A DNA stretch of 64,000 nt from Basidiobolus meristosporus CBS 931.73 (GCA_002104905.1 MCFE01000165.1:1-64000), one strand, 5' to 3'; numbered from the stretch's first letter, positions 37,777-51,400 are shown. Numbers and translations are program-made. The notes: generated from the letters alone by a model not told the origin.

Positions 37777-40700
37777 CACTATGAAAAATAACTTGGTCCC
37801 ATGGGTGGATCCAATCCAGATCAGCGGTCAAGATCTGGTTTGGAGACCATCATAATAGCAGCAGCTTGGAATTAGTGACCCTCCTAGCACTCTTATGACA
37901 AGATCATGATGGTGTTTTGCTAATTTTACAGCCAAATAAAGGGATAAAACTTGACAATATTTTATTGGTGCTGTAACAATATTTGCATGGTATTGTTGTA
38001 GTCTTTCAGTACTCTATAACTATTTTAAGTGGAATCAGTTGGCCAGGACAGTATTTTGATGGCCTCACAGCAAGACTCTGATGGCACTATATTGGCAGTA
38101 TGACGGCCTACCACTGGTTCTGTATAATGCTACCGTACCAATTTACCAAGTGGTATTTCCTTTTTCTACATCCCCTTGTGCAATTCATATATTCCACTGT
38201 AGAATCACCCTACTTTATTTGCTTACCCACTGCTACCTTGGGTATTCCACATACAGAATAAATCAAAAAAAACTATGGCCTCCTGCTTACTAACCTCTAC
38301 AAATGTGCACACTTGCTGCAATTGACATACTTCTATCACCTCAACTTTACGGCTTTTTAGTGTGATACTTGCAAAGTTGCCATATACCTTGTACTGCTGA
38401 TAACATATATATCATTCAAACATATGCTTGGTTGTTGCCACTTCTGCCATGAATACCTCCTGAATATCCGTAAAGAACTTCTTGGTATTTAGCCAATATA
38501 TTCCTTATCCCTGTTGGATTCTAGTCCCCCTATAGTTGCGCTCTGGCTTTTGTTTGTGTGAATTCCATATTGAATGGTGTAGAAGTTGGCGTAAGATCAC
38601 AAGAAATCCAGCATACCTTGGTGGAGTTTTCCTGATAAAAATTAGTTGCTTGTTGCACCCAACCTAACTTTGCATTACTCAACTGATTACCCATGCATTG
38701 GGGCTGCTTAGCTTCTTAATGCCATAGGCATAGGTGTCTCCATGTGCACATTTGTCCTCAGTATTTTCCAACTCTTTCTGGCTGCCCTCCATGTGCCAAC
38801 TCATCACATCCATGAGGGACTTGAAGGTAATATTCTTGATGAGATTGGGATATGGTAGTACCTGTGACTTGACTTGTCTTCCTATCTCCCAACACATCTG
38901 CTCCATAGGAAACTCCCAAAAGGTGAAGCAAGGCCCAATATTCTCCACACACTGTGCAAGATGGAGTAGAGAATGGATACAGTAGCAGCAGAGATCTACA
39001 CATCCAGCTTTATGTTAGTAGTATAGCCGCTCAAATCCCATTACAAACTCCTCACACAACAGCTGTAGATGTGTCAAGTTGTCATTGGTGATCTGCTTCT
39101 GGATAAATATTCCTACAATGTCCACATATGACTCCCAATGCTTCCAATGTACTCCTGGTAGGAGTGGCTTCAGAACACCACTTGAATAAATACATATCCA
39201 GTTCATCCAGTCTTGGCATTTGCATTGTTGCATATGAATATGAATATTAATTGGAGCCCATGAGAAGTACTTAGGGTAGCAGATACTCTGCAATATCTTG
39301 CCAATTCTTTCAAATTTCTCTGGTATCTCAAAGGGCTCATTTAGCTTGAAATGCCCCATGTACAACTTGGTCATCAGTATAGGGATATTGTTGAAAATTA
39401 AATGCATTGCTCCCAGTGGAAAAATTTTGCTCTAACAGATACCCTCCATCTTAAGTATCTCTGGTTTCTAATTGATTCCATATTCCAGCCAATGGCTTAT
39501 AGCTTGCCAACTTTGCTGCAATTGCATGTTTACTTCTGTATGTTCTCTGTGTGGAAAGATGATGTTCTTAGTGCTGGTGTTTGGGTAATAACAATGTGTG
39601 TGAGTTATGGAGTAAATCCCCTGGATCTCACACATTTGACAGTACTACCAGCCATTGTCCCCAGAAAAACTTGCTATCTTGTGGATGGCCAGGGTAACTT
39701 CAATGCAGATAAAGATATACGCTTTTACATGACAGCCATTTACCATTATCCCACTGGAAAGTATACAAAATTCATCCAGCAATGGATACAGGTAGTTATC
39801 CAGGTTGGACAGTGATTTAGGCCCAGATACCAGCAAGACTACCATCAGATTATTGCTTTGATACCATAAGATGGGTGGCAGACTCAGATTGATGAGAATC
39901 AGTGGCCAGCAGGATTTGCTGGTAGAGTACTTGTCTAATGAGAATCCATCAAGTGCTAAAGCAAAGGCATGGTCATACATACCTTCAGAGTAGCCCTTGC
40001 TTCTTAGCTGTTTGTATGTTTGCCATCAAATATGTCAAATATGTTTGCACTTGATTGGTACTGAGTGCAGTGCTGTATAGCTTTGCAATATTTGTTGGAC
40101 TCCATGAGCTTCCTCAGACAGGGTATGACTGGAATATATCCAGAGTGTGAACAATGTTTTCCCTCAATGGTGGTGGATTCCTGACAATTTGGACACATTG
40201 TAATGGTAGCATTTTTGGATGTGAATGCCATGCAACTGTTAACACATGCTGGAATCAGGACAGTCTCTGGATTATATGTTGCCAGCCACATGATGGTTGT
40301 CTACTTGTACCATATAAATGGTAAGTTGCATCCTGGTATGATTTTGGCAAGAAGTAGTAATACATCCTCAAAGTCCCCATTACTGATATTAGTGGAAACA
40401 TGTCACTTCACTAGCCACAACATTACATCATTCACCAGTAGATGGATAACTGGGCTCACTTGGCTCCATAAAGTATCCTTGGCATTTGTTTCAACAGGTG
40501 TTGTCTCATTGCATATAGGGATTTGGCCAGGCTCATATGTGGTACAGTTGTTAGGGGAGATAGGCTCAAAATTCATCAGTGAACCTTCTTTGTCAGAGCT
40601 ATCACTCTGCATGCCATATTCAGAAGGCTGAGGTGAGCCCAAAGGTGTCACAAACTCACCTGACTCAGTTTGCGCAAGGTGACAATGACAGCCTGGTGCC

Positions 40701-41951
40701 AATATAGAAGTATCAACTGGCCAGCAAGATAATGTTGGTACAGTAGTGACCAATCAATGGTCAAATATAACTTGGGTGGCAAAACACTGGCAAATGATCT
40801 TTGTAATACTTCCTATGCTGTCTGCATACTTCATGGCTGAGAGGCTTGTCACAATAGCCACATGGTCTTTTTTCTCTTCTCTTATGGCCTTGAGTCAAAA
40901 GAGTGTTGTCCAAGGGGCAAACAGTTTGACCTTCAATAATGTAATGCTATTATATCACTTCTTGGTCAATACTCATGTGAACTTAAGGCAGTCTTGTATT
41001 TGAGACATTACACCTACATGAATGTAAGATTCAATGATGACCCGCCATGGTAAGCATTAGAAGTAAAGTTGTGGCACCACATACACATGTATATGTAACA
41101 CTATCTCCCCATTGGTTTGACTCACTTTTATATATATGCCGCCAAAAAATAAAGCAAAGTGGTCTGGTTCCCAACAAAACCCCACTGCTGACAGCAGCAG
41201 AAGGATGATTGGACAACAGCTTGCTTTGACATTCAGTGCAACAAGCAGGGCTACATCCAAAAAAGGCCATGCTATTAGTGTGCCCACTGAAGGTAATAAT
41301 GCAGACTCCACAGGCACTCAGTCAAGTAAGCAATAAGAATTGAGAACCTCTGCAGAGCAACAAGCTGACCATCATGCTCAGGCAGATGAGAATTTAGAAA
41401 ACGCAGTACCCTCAGTTGAAGACCAGCAAGTAGCTAACATAACATCACCACAACCCATATTAGCAAGTATGTTGTCAGCTCATACCAAAGCATTAATGAA
41501 GCAATCAGGTGCAGTGGCTGATAAGATAGATGCAATGGCTCAGATAAATCAGGAAATAGTCCAGAAACAGGATGAGCAGATAATACATGTAGAGCAATCA
41601 ATATTGCAGGTAGAGAAAGCAGTATCTTTGCTGCAAAGAACAAACTCAAGTAGCTCAGTGTTACAGCCAAGAATTGACTCATTTCCCAATGTAACAGCAG
41701 GGGAACATGGTACATTCTTTGAAGCACAACAACAGTGCCCAAAGATAAAGCCCACAGAAAAGCCATTCACAGTGTGGGGGGGAGACAATGAGGTGTTTAT
41801 ACCAAAGCCTAAAGATCAAAAGACATTGAAGATTGGTGAGACTGTTGAGTGCAATAATGAGGAGTGGGCTAATACTCAAGCGGCTGTCAAAAGTCTAGCA
41901 TGCCATCACCTCAAGGCTGGCATACCATGGGCCCATCAGAAACTTAAGGCC
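37777..41951 (-). mobile_element. CACTA/EnSpm-like DNA transposon copy 1 with tnp2-family transposase pseudogene (-) and a divergent second ORF (+)
   Basis: Terminus CACTATGAAAAA at 37777. Minus-strand fragments CVNSCMAF..CPNC, LALDGF..SCWPLILINLSLPP..GPK..YLYPLLDE and GP..WEFPMEQMC..VKSQVLPYPNL are typical of Transposase_21/tnp2 elements. Plus-strand ORF2 from 41136 is cut by copia copy 3. Confidence 0.8.
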
Positions 41952-42299
41952 TGTTGTAAAAATTTGCAATTCCACCTAAATATTCACCTAACTTTGTCAC
42001 TTAGATCATTACCTTCAAATCCTAAAGAATATGGATCAAATCCTTGTTGGGATTTACTTAGAATATTTTCACCAAAATACCAGGTGCCCAGAATATTAAA
42101 ATTCTCAAAGTTGTCTAAACAGCCCCAAACTTTGCATACATGCTCTTGGGACCTTCCATAACCTATTCTATGTGCTTGTAATGCCAACACCATGTAAAAG
42201 TATAATTACTACTGTTACAATCAATAAATCATTATGTGTATACCACATAATCTACTTGTCCTCCCAATCACTTCTAATATCTCCAAAACTCCTACAACA

Positions 42300-42312
42300 G
42301 GTTATGAGCCCC
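42300..42312 (+). promoter_or_regulatory. Copia primer-binding site complementary to the anticodon arm of initiator tRNA-Met (half-tRNA priming)
   Basis: GGTTATGAGCCCC directly abuts the LTR-terminal CA. Same site at 34893-34905 (+); one-mismatch variants at 34015-34027 and 59782-59794 (-). The reverse complement GGGCTCATAACC is the tRNA-iMet anticodon stem-loop. Confidence 0.88.
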
Positions 42313-44415
42313 AAGCTGTCACTCTCTGCAATGTTCACTACTGCTATTACTGGAATATTTCCCTTTGCTGAAAAGTTGGATGGATCCCACTACCAAGTGT
42401 GGAAGGTGAAGATGAAGATGCTTCTACATGAAGGAGGCCTTTAGGATATTATCATGGGAGAAGAATGCACTCCTAAAAATGTGGGAGAGGAAGCCTTAGA
42501 GTACCAGAAGAAAGAACAAAGTGCCTTCAACTGCATATGCCTCAATGCTAAAGACAAATTGCTAATTCAAGCACAAGAGCAAAAACAGCAAAGAATGCCT
42601 AGAAGGCATTAAAAGACACCTACCAGTCATGTTCAGCTGCTAAGAAAATGTATCTGAGACAGAAACTCTTTACTACAAAAATGCAGCCAGGAAAAGAAAT
42701 GCAAAATCTAATTAACAGAATTACCCTTACCAACTGCTGATGAGGATGTGATGGTTACCATCCTGAATAGCCTGAGAGACAGGTTTCAGGGCCTTGTATC
42801 AGCCCTATAGTCCAGAACTGCAGATTTGACCTTAAAATACAAATATGGAAGGCTCCTGGATGAAGAATTGAGAAAATCAGGCACCAGTCAGAAGGAAGAT
42901 GAAAATGCTTTAATAAGCAATGACAAACAACAAAAGAGGTACCCAAGAACCTACAAAGGCAACAGCAACCTGTTTAGTAACTACCACAACAGGAAAGGAC
43001 ACATATCAGACCAATGTCTCTAAAAGAGAGATAATCAGCAAAAGTAGCCTGAATTTGGAAATACTGAAACAACTGAAGATAGACTAATCACATCTGCACA
43101 AAATATGACCACAAACAAAAATTCTCAGACATGATATATTGACTCTGGAGCATCTCAACACTTTACACACCAAAAAGAACTTTTTACCCAGTATTAAGAA
43201 ATTCCAATCAAGAAGGTTTTCATTGGTGACAATAGAACACTTGATGCAGTGGGAGAAGGGACTATCCAAGTAAACCTTAGAAGCTGTGAAGGAAGCCATA
43301 CACTGACCTTCAAAAAAATACTTTATGTACCAGAAATAGCCAAGATCCTACTGTCTGTAAGCAAGGCCACTGCAGAAGGACTTGGTTTCTGCTTTGACAA
43401 TTCTGGATACAAGATCACTGATAAAATGGTGCCTGTATTGCATTGAGTATCAGAGATCTGAATCTATACAAGTTGACTTATATTCCATCATATTTGAGAT
43501 CCACTATAAGTAACTTCAATGAAGAAACTCCAATGCTTTGGCACAGGAGACTTGGACGCATCAATTTTGATTATTTACGCAAAATGATCAAAGATCAGCT
43601 AATTTCTGGGGTGAAAAATGATCCCCCAGCTAATTTGAAGCACCGTAAAGCCTGCATATGTGGGAAACCAGCTAGGCAACTGCTCAAGAGCTCTGGGCTA
43701 ATCAAAACTAAGAAAAAATTAGATCTAATTCCCTCAGATTTGTGTGGGCCTTTGAAAAATTTATCCTTAGGCAGGATGATGTATTTAATCACTTTTATTG
43801 ATGATTATACAGGATACACATGGGTTTACTTCATGAAGAGAAAGGAAGAAGCACTGTCAAACCTCAAGGAGTTCAAAGCCATAGTGGAGAGAGATACTAG
43901 TGAAAAAATCAAGAAAATATGATTAGACAACGGTGAAGAATATACCTCCAAACTCTTCAACCACTTCTGCAAAATTTATGGGATAGAGTAAGAGACTACT
44001 GTACCATACTCCCCACAGCAAAATGGAGTAGCAGAATGTGCTAACACATCAACAATTGATATGGAGAGATCTATGATCCATGATCAAAAATTATCCTATG
44101 ATATTAGGGTGGAATTAGTTGCCACTGCTGTACACCTTAAAAATAGGAGTTATACCAGAATGCTTTGTGATTCTACTCCATATGAAGCAGGGTATGGGTA
44201 CTGACAAAGTGCAGAGCATCTAAGAATGCTTGGGTGTACAGAATATGCCAAGAAACTGCCCAGAAATCAGTCAAAATTTGAGCTAAAAAGTATAAAATGC
44301 TTACTTTTGGGTTACTGCAATGAGAGTAAAGCATATAGATGCTACAATACCAAAGCAAAGAAGCTAATCAAGTCCAGGGATGTGTTGTTTGATGAAAATT
44401 CAAAATCTCACAAAA

Positions 44416-45151
44416 TAGACTTGTTCTGCTGGATAGTGCCACATTGAGTCATGAGTGCCAAATGATGCAATAGTGTGCCAGAGAGGCCAAGTGAGCCTTT
44501 ACCTGGCCACAGAGTGTGAAACATAGCTCTGCATCTTCATTCAAAGCAGCCCCTGTGCTTCACCCATTGTGTTGGAGAAAATCCATTTTTTGACCTTTTT
44601 TTTTGGATCAATGTTGTGCAGGATGTGTTAAAGCATAAGCAGATTGAAGATATGCAATTGGTACTCAATACCCGTGGCACTCTGAATCTAGCTCCTGTAG
44701 CTTGTATCATGTCACAATAATGAATGGCACTATCTTGGTCCACTGGTACTATCTGGCACTATATTTAAATACTAGCCCTAAAGTAAGATCTATACAAAGC
44801 ACTTATGGTGCCAGATAGTACCAGTGGACCAAGATAGTGCCATTCATTATTGTGACATGATACAAGCTACAGGAGCTAGATTCAGAGTGCCACGGGTATT
44901 GAGTACCAGATGCATATCTTCAGTTCTCCTGTGCTCTTACACATCCTGAGCTACATTGATCCACAAAAAAAGGTCAAAAAATGGATTTTCTCCTGCGCAA
45001 TGGGTGAAACACAGGGGCTGCTTTACATGAAGATGCAGAGCTATGTTTCACACTCTGTGGCCAAGTATAGGCTCACTTGACCTCTCTGGCACACTATGGC
45101 ATCATTTGGCACTCATGGCTCAATGTGGAACTATCCAACGGAACAAGTCTA
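44416..45151. mobile_element. 736-bp foldback/MITE-like palindrome inserted in the copia copy 3 integrase region
   Basis: Arms 44416-44763 and 44804-45151 are reverse complements around a 40-nt loop. Ends are TA-GACTTGTTC ... GAACAAGTC-TA (possible TA TSD). No ORF. Confidence 0.9.
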
Positions 45152-47454
45152 GTATACACTAGATGATGACAAAAATCTGATCTCAAGTCCACCAATTGTC
45201 TGGATTGAATCAGAGCAAAACAATGATGATTTTTTTCACTCCAGAGGACTCTACAACCATGACTCAGCCTGAAGCAGTGCCCAGTAACTTCCCAGAAGTT
45301 ATCATTCCGGTACTAATGCCCGGAGATCCAATTGGACTAGAAATAGACCAAATTACTATATCAATGAGGGTACAAACTTAGCCTATGCTTATTCAGTTCA
45401 TATTGATGAGCCCCAGACTGTAAAAGAGGCCCAAAAGAGCCCTCAGACAGAGTTTTAGAGATCTGCAATGACTTAAGAATATCAGGCCCTGATGGAAAAT
45501 CAAACTTGGGACTTAGTCAAATTACCAATCAACCCATTGTCAATTGGATGCAGATGGGTTAATAAGACAAAATACAAGGCTGACAGTTCAATTGAAAGAT
45601 ACAATGCAAGACTTGTGGCTTAAGGATACTCTCAAGCAGAAGGACTTGACTATACTGAGACCTTTGCACTGGTAGCCAATTTTAATTCTATCAGATTAAT
45701 ATTGGCTATTGCAGCCAAATATAAGTTTTTTATTCCTCAAATGGATGTCAAAGCTGCATTTTGGAATGGGGAACTTGATGAGGGTGTGTATTTGGACCAG
45801 CCTGATGGGTTTGTTGACCAAGATATCCCCCATTTGGTCTGCAAGCTTATAAAGTCAATGTATGATCTCAAACAATGACCAAGAGCCTGGAATTTCAAGA
45901 TAGACTCTGATTTGGAGTCATTGAGCTTCAAAAGGAGTAATTCTGACTATAGTATATACTATAAGCCAGATAGAGCAAGTCCAGTTCTATCAGCTCAATA
46001 TGTGGATGATCTTATTACAGCCACTAATAACCTAGAGGCATTGGAAGAGACTAAATCCAGCCTATCTAAGGAGTTCAAGATGTCTAATCTGGGAGAACTC
46101 AGTTACTACTTAGGGATTACGTTCTCCATAGACAGAAGTACCCTGACTATCACTCTAAGCCAATTCAAGTATATTCAAGATGCACTAAAGAAGTACCAGA
46201 TGGAAGACTGTAAGCTGGCAGCTACCCCAATGGAGACAATCCTTAACTTGGTCAAAACTCAACCAAATCAAGAGAGCTTGGTGCCATCTGAAAGCCCCAA
46301 CTATGTATATTAATATATGGTTTGCAGACTGATGTGTATTATGCTTAGAACAGGTACAGATATCTCATATTCAGTAGGAGTTGTCAGCCAGCATAATCTG
46401 AACTATGGATCTGATCATATTGCAGCAGTTGAGCAGATTTTTAGATACCTAAAAGGAACTGCTGATATTTGCTTAAGATACACTATAGAGACTCAGAACA
46501 GGATCTTGTGGGATAGTCTGATACTGATTGGGGACAAAACTCAGAAGACAAAAGTTCCACCACAGAATACACCTTTCTTTACTGTCAAGGAGCAATTTCA
46601 TGGAATTCAAGAGAGCAACCAACTGTAGCACTTTCTACAACAGAAGCAGAGTATATGGCAGCCTGTGAAGCTACAAAAGCAGCAATGAGGGTAACAAAAC
46701 TTTTTACAGATTTAGGCCTATGTCAAAAAATGCCTAATATTTTATTTAAAGATAATCAAGGATGAATACTATTATGTAGAAATTCAGCTTTTCATGCTAG
46801 AGCTAAGCACATAGATATTAGACATCATTTCATATGTGAAGCTATAGGGAATAACTTAGTTAGCTTAGTTTACTGTCCTTCAGATGAAATGATTGCAGAC
46901 ATATCTACAAACCATTAGCTAGAGACAAGTTTGAATATCTTAGGTCAAAATTAGGACTAGTCAGTATCAACACTTAGCTGAGTAGGGGTGTTTTAAAAAC
47001 TTGTAATTCCACCTAAATGTTCACCTAAGTTAGTCACTTTGATCATTACCTTCAAATCCTAGAGAATACTGTCCAAATTTCTTGCTAGGATTTACTTGGA
47101 ATATTTACCCAAAACATGAAAATTAGATAAGTTGTCCAAACAGCCCCAAACTTTGCACACATGTTCTTGGGACCTTCTCTAACCTATTCTATGTGTTTGC
47201 TATGCCAGGAACATGTAAATGTATAAATACTACTTTTACATTCAATAAATCATTAAGTGAATACCACATAATCTACTTGTCCCCCAATCACTTCCAATAT
47301 CTCCAAGACCCTTACAACAGAAATAAGCCATCAGATTTTGAGCCAGTATTCATATACTACAAAGTATCTCAAGAATAGCAAAAGCTACTAATGGCAGAAG
47401 AACAAGGGTGCCATGGCATAATAGCCAGTGGTATCTCTAAGAGCCTGTTACAAG

Positions 47455-50400
47455 TGTGAGTACTATGTGTAGTACCCACCCTCTGCCCAAGAGTTCACCC
47501 AGAGTCCTAACCAAAGCTCCCCCAGTATCCTCCCTATGGTTCCTTCATGCATGCTTACTCTAATTCCTATACAAGCCTGGTTGAGACACTTACCATAGCA
47601 GGAAGGTGTTCATACCCCTATTTTATAACACACTGTCAATCACCTATGCCCCTCCCAGTGAGATATTTACATCTGATTGAGTCAAGACTGTAAGAAGGGT
47701 TTTATTAAATGTAATCAACACAAGTCTCTAGTATCTTACTACCTTCTACTGGAAGCTGTTCTCAACCAAGTAGTACTGACTTGACCTACAAGCTCTCCCA
47801 ACTATTAAGTACAGTCAGTAATTATCCCCAAATTTGGTGCTGTAACTGTGGAAACAAGCACAATTGAGGTAATGACTACTACAATCAAGCTAAAAGCATA
47901 TAAAGGGAAGAGAGACAAAGCCATTGAGCAATTTGATAGGTTTGAGAGCATTGCAGTTGATGTCAGATGGGACAATAATGAGAAAGTAATAGAGTTAGCA
48001 AGATATATGGAAGGGTCAGCATGTCAATGACACTATGGGTTGGAAGATGCAATTAAAGGCAGCTAGGATGCACTGGTAGAAGCCTATAAGACATGCTTTC
48101 TATATTCCACAGGATATCACTATGAAGCCCCTCCAGTATTCTTACAGAAGAAAAGCAGTGAGGGCTACAAAGCTTACACTGAACTACTACTTCAACAAGT
48201 GCAATGTCCCCCAAAGGATAAAATGGCCTATCAACAGCTCATGAGGCATCACATCATGGGCTTAGAAAACAAAATAAGACTTACAGCATCCAAAGAGCAA
48301 CAGGTATGTAAAAAACTGCTAGTGTTGGTTGAACAAGTAAGAGGTGTTATCTTGCTATGGGGGCTATCCTTTGGTGATAGGTGTGAATAAAGAATAGAGA
48401 TCCTTTTTAAGAAAGAAAACGTTGCCTCCCAAAGACTGGGAGTCTGTGAGATTACAACAAAAGGTCCAAGACCTCTTGATCAATAATGCCTAAGAAGACC
48501 TCAAAGAAAGCAAAAAACTCTGGGAAGCTGCTGTAGAACTAAAGGCCCAGGTACAAGCCCTGACCCAACAGATGGAACAACCACAACAATGGTATCTGTT
48601 TATGATATGTGGAGAAATAGGACACTGGGCTCACAAATGTGAAAACCAACATGGACAAGAACCTTTACTAGAGACAAAGGAGAAGCAGGTGTCAAAAAAC
48701 AGAGTCCCTCACCAGAAGGCCAACGGGACTCAATTAATGTAAGCCCTCCAGTTTGAGCAGTAAAAGTTCAGCAGAAGTGTCAATATGATGCCATAGCTCA
48801 CTGGTCTGGCTGATGAAAACTGAAGACTTCACCAGCTGACTAGCAAGCTGGACCCTCCAACTGCAGGAACATGACCTGAAAGTAACTCACCACACTGGCA
48901 AGAAACACCTGGATGCAGACTTCCTCAGTTGCTATGCTCTTTGCCAAATATCTGTCAGTGGCAATTACAAGAACATGATCTGCTTCAAAAGAAGGCAGAA
49001 GTATCCTGAACATGTTGTTACAAGCTAACAGAACAGAGAATCTCAAAGGAAATGTTATGTTGTATTACAATTAGTTTGGGGCTTGTTCTACAATGTAGAG
49101 GCTAATCAGCAATATACAACAACTTCCAGTATGCTAATACTGAAATAGTTTATTGGGAATTTGATTTACCAATAGAAGATATAACTTTCACTGATATCCT
49201 CAATCTTAGGCTCAAAATATACTATAGGCAGTATTTCTCACTTCTACAGCAGTGTTCCAACCTTCTGTTGACTATTGGGCTTATTTACTTTTATAGTAAC
49301 CTTTCCTTATTTGGAAGTCACTCTCCTTTTTGAGAAATTATTTCCTAATATGGATATTTTGGAACTCCCCTTTAGCCTCAAGGGGTGTGTTGTAGAAGTC
49401 TCTAAAGGTGTTTCTAAAGGGGTGTCTTTAGAGTAAAGGGTCATCTTGTAGTGGTCTCTAAAGTGGGCTTTACACTGAAGAGGTGCCTAAAGGGGCTTCT
49501 TTAGAGTAAAGGGGTTTCTTAAAGGGGTGTCTTAAGAGTAAAGAGGTTTCTTAGAGAGGACTTTTCTAACAGAAAAGTGGTAGTTTCTTGTAGAACTTAT
49601 ATTGGATTCTTGTGAGCTTTGCTGTCTCTTGACTGATGTAGCACTAATCAAAGTCAGAATACTCAACAGTGCAAGTGATGCAGGGGAAGTCTTATAACCT
49701 TTAAACTTGTGATTGTAATGTGGAGATGCTGGAAAGAGAGGTTCTACCTTTATTTTTCAGCTGGGGAAGTCATATATATGAAAATTCTGAAGGATCAGAG
49801 TTATTGGGTGATTGTGCAAGCAATACATGTGATACAAGTCTAAAACTCTGCAGTGGCTCAGATTGTACATAGGCGCAGCACCTGTGAGAATCTAACATGA
49901 TTTGATTGGCGGGTTCTGAAGTTACATGTGATCAAAATCACCATAGTAATCCTAGTAATAGAGGCCTAGTATATATAATAATTGGACTCTTTTGGTCATA
50001 ACTCCTTGACTATTGATTCAAATGAGCTGTAAATTGAAATATATGTTGGCTACTGCATGTTCTATATGAAATAATATTCTTGGGTGTATTGCTTGTCAGG
50101 GTCTGGAGCATTTGTCTTTCAAAGTTGTAAATTCTTGATCTTTGACATGTGTGTTACAATAGCAAAAAGCAAAATAAAGAAATGAGTTCAATATTGGTTT
50201 TGAGATGTTGTGGTAATGGAAAGGATTCCATTACCACAGAAATGGTGTCTGTAAAAAATACAAAAATATCAACAATAGTTGTTTTGAGATCATTTCAGAG
50301 CCACGGTACCCCTGCTAGCTGCCCATGAAGAAATCATGCAAGTAAGACATACGTAATTAGGACAAGCTAACCCCCTTACAACATATAAGATGTTAACAAA

Positions 50401-51050
50401 GATGTTTTATTGGAAAATATGATGAGCAACATTAAAAATACATTACAAAGATGCACCACCTGCAAAAGATTTAACTGGAGTCAGAAGATAGGGACAATGG
50501 CACCAATATTGGTTGACCTACCCTTCCCCCAAGTGGGGATCAGCTTTGTTAGCCACTTAATGAAAACAACAAAAGGAGAACAATATGGGATAGTTGCTAC
50601 ATATTATTTCTCAGAGTGAGTAGAAGCCCAAGCCATCCAGAACAAAAGTCAGAAGGCAACTACCTAATTCATACCAGAACACCTTATATGCCAGCATGGA
50701 TATCATCATTTATTCCTGTGTGACAGCTGTGGTTTGTTCCTGAACAACACCATGGCCCACCTGTGCAAAGTGAGGGGCATGAAGAAGATATTCATGGCCA
50801 CATATTACCTTTAGACTAACAAATTAACCAAGAGGATGGACCAGATGTATTGCTGCATATTAGAGAACCTTCACTGGGAATTTCCCCAGTCATGGGCTGA
50901 GCTGCACCCACTGACACTCCTAGCAGTATATACAACACCTAATGAAGCAACAGGTTTCTCCCTGTATGAAATTCTGTGTGGATGAAAACCCAAGTGGTGT
51001 GAAGAAGAAGAATCAATAATGAGGGTATCCCCCTGTCAACATATAACAAC
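47455..51050 (+). mobile_element. Ty3/gypsy remnant: 5' LTR, putative PBS, gag, integrase
   Basis: LTR 47455-47830 (same family as 37350), TGGTGCTGTAACT at 47835, gag-like FDRFESIA..RWD..K..LARYMEGSA, partial knuckle CGEIGHWAHKC (~48608), integrase Zn finger plus core start (LQRCTTCK..PFPQVGISFV..YGIVATYY..VEAQAI, 50410-50640). No RT recognised. Confidence 0.75.
49381..49560. repeat. Degenerate short tandem repeat (TAAAGGGGT(G/T)TCT-like units)
   Basis: Recurrent aaaggggtgtct / agagtaaagggg units. Confidence 0.6.
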
Positions 51051-51129
51051 TATATAGAAAGGCTGTTGCACTGTATCACCTACTTAAACATAAATTCATA
51101 TGCATGAGAAGTAAGAGAAACAGTTGGGT

Positions 51130-51400
51130 TAGGAAGCAAGGAGTGTAAAAAGAGACAGTAGCAATCAATGCACTTAAACATAGGAGGTGGCCAAGTGTTT
51201 AGGACTGAGCAATGAGGGAATTGGCAGAGAACCAATTCAATGCCACATATGTATTCTTATAATCAGAAATGTGAACAAGGTTTTGGTGAAATCTGAAGTG
51301 CAATTTTTTTAACAGTCTCCACATGGTGTTCTAATAAGGTTAATACCACTTAGTCATAGGTTTTTAATTTTGTGATGGCCTTTGATAGTATCACCTCAAG
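51130..51400. repeat. Repeat Y fragment, inverted relative to 62630-62880
   Basis: Similar to 61270-61530 (e.g. aatcaatg...taggag...ttggcaga...caatgccac...cttagtca). Confidence 0.6.

Larger units (their letters stand above)
41952..47319 (+). mobile_element. Ty1/copia copy 3 (heavily decayed, chimeric LTRs, carries a foldback insert)
   Basis: LTRs 41952-42299 and 46989-47319, PBS 42300-42312, PPT GAGTAGGGG before 46989, gag-pol fragments. Flanks AGGCC / GAAAT do not match. Confidence 0.93.

Noticed and set aside
49445-49454. TCTTGTAGTG, the reverse complement of the canonical CACTACAAGA terminus
   Set aside because: Embedded in a degenerate tandem repeat, with no matching partner or TSD found.
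48800-50300. Reverse transcriptase of the gypsy remnant
   Set aside because: No YxDD or RNase H motif could be recognised in any frame I checked; the region is left unassigned.
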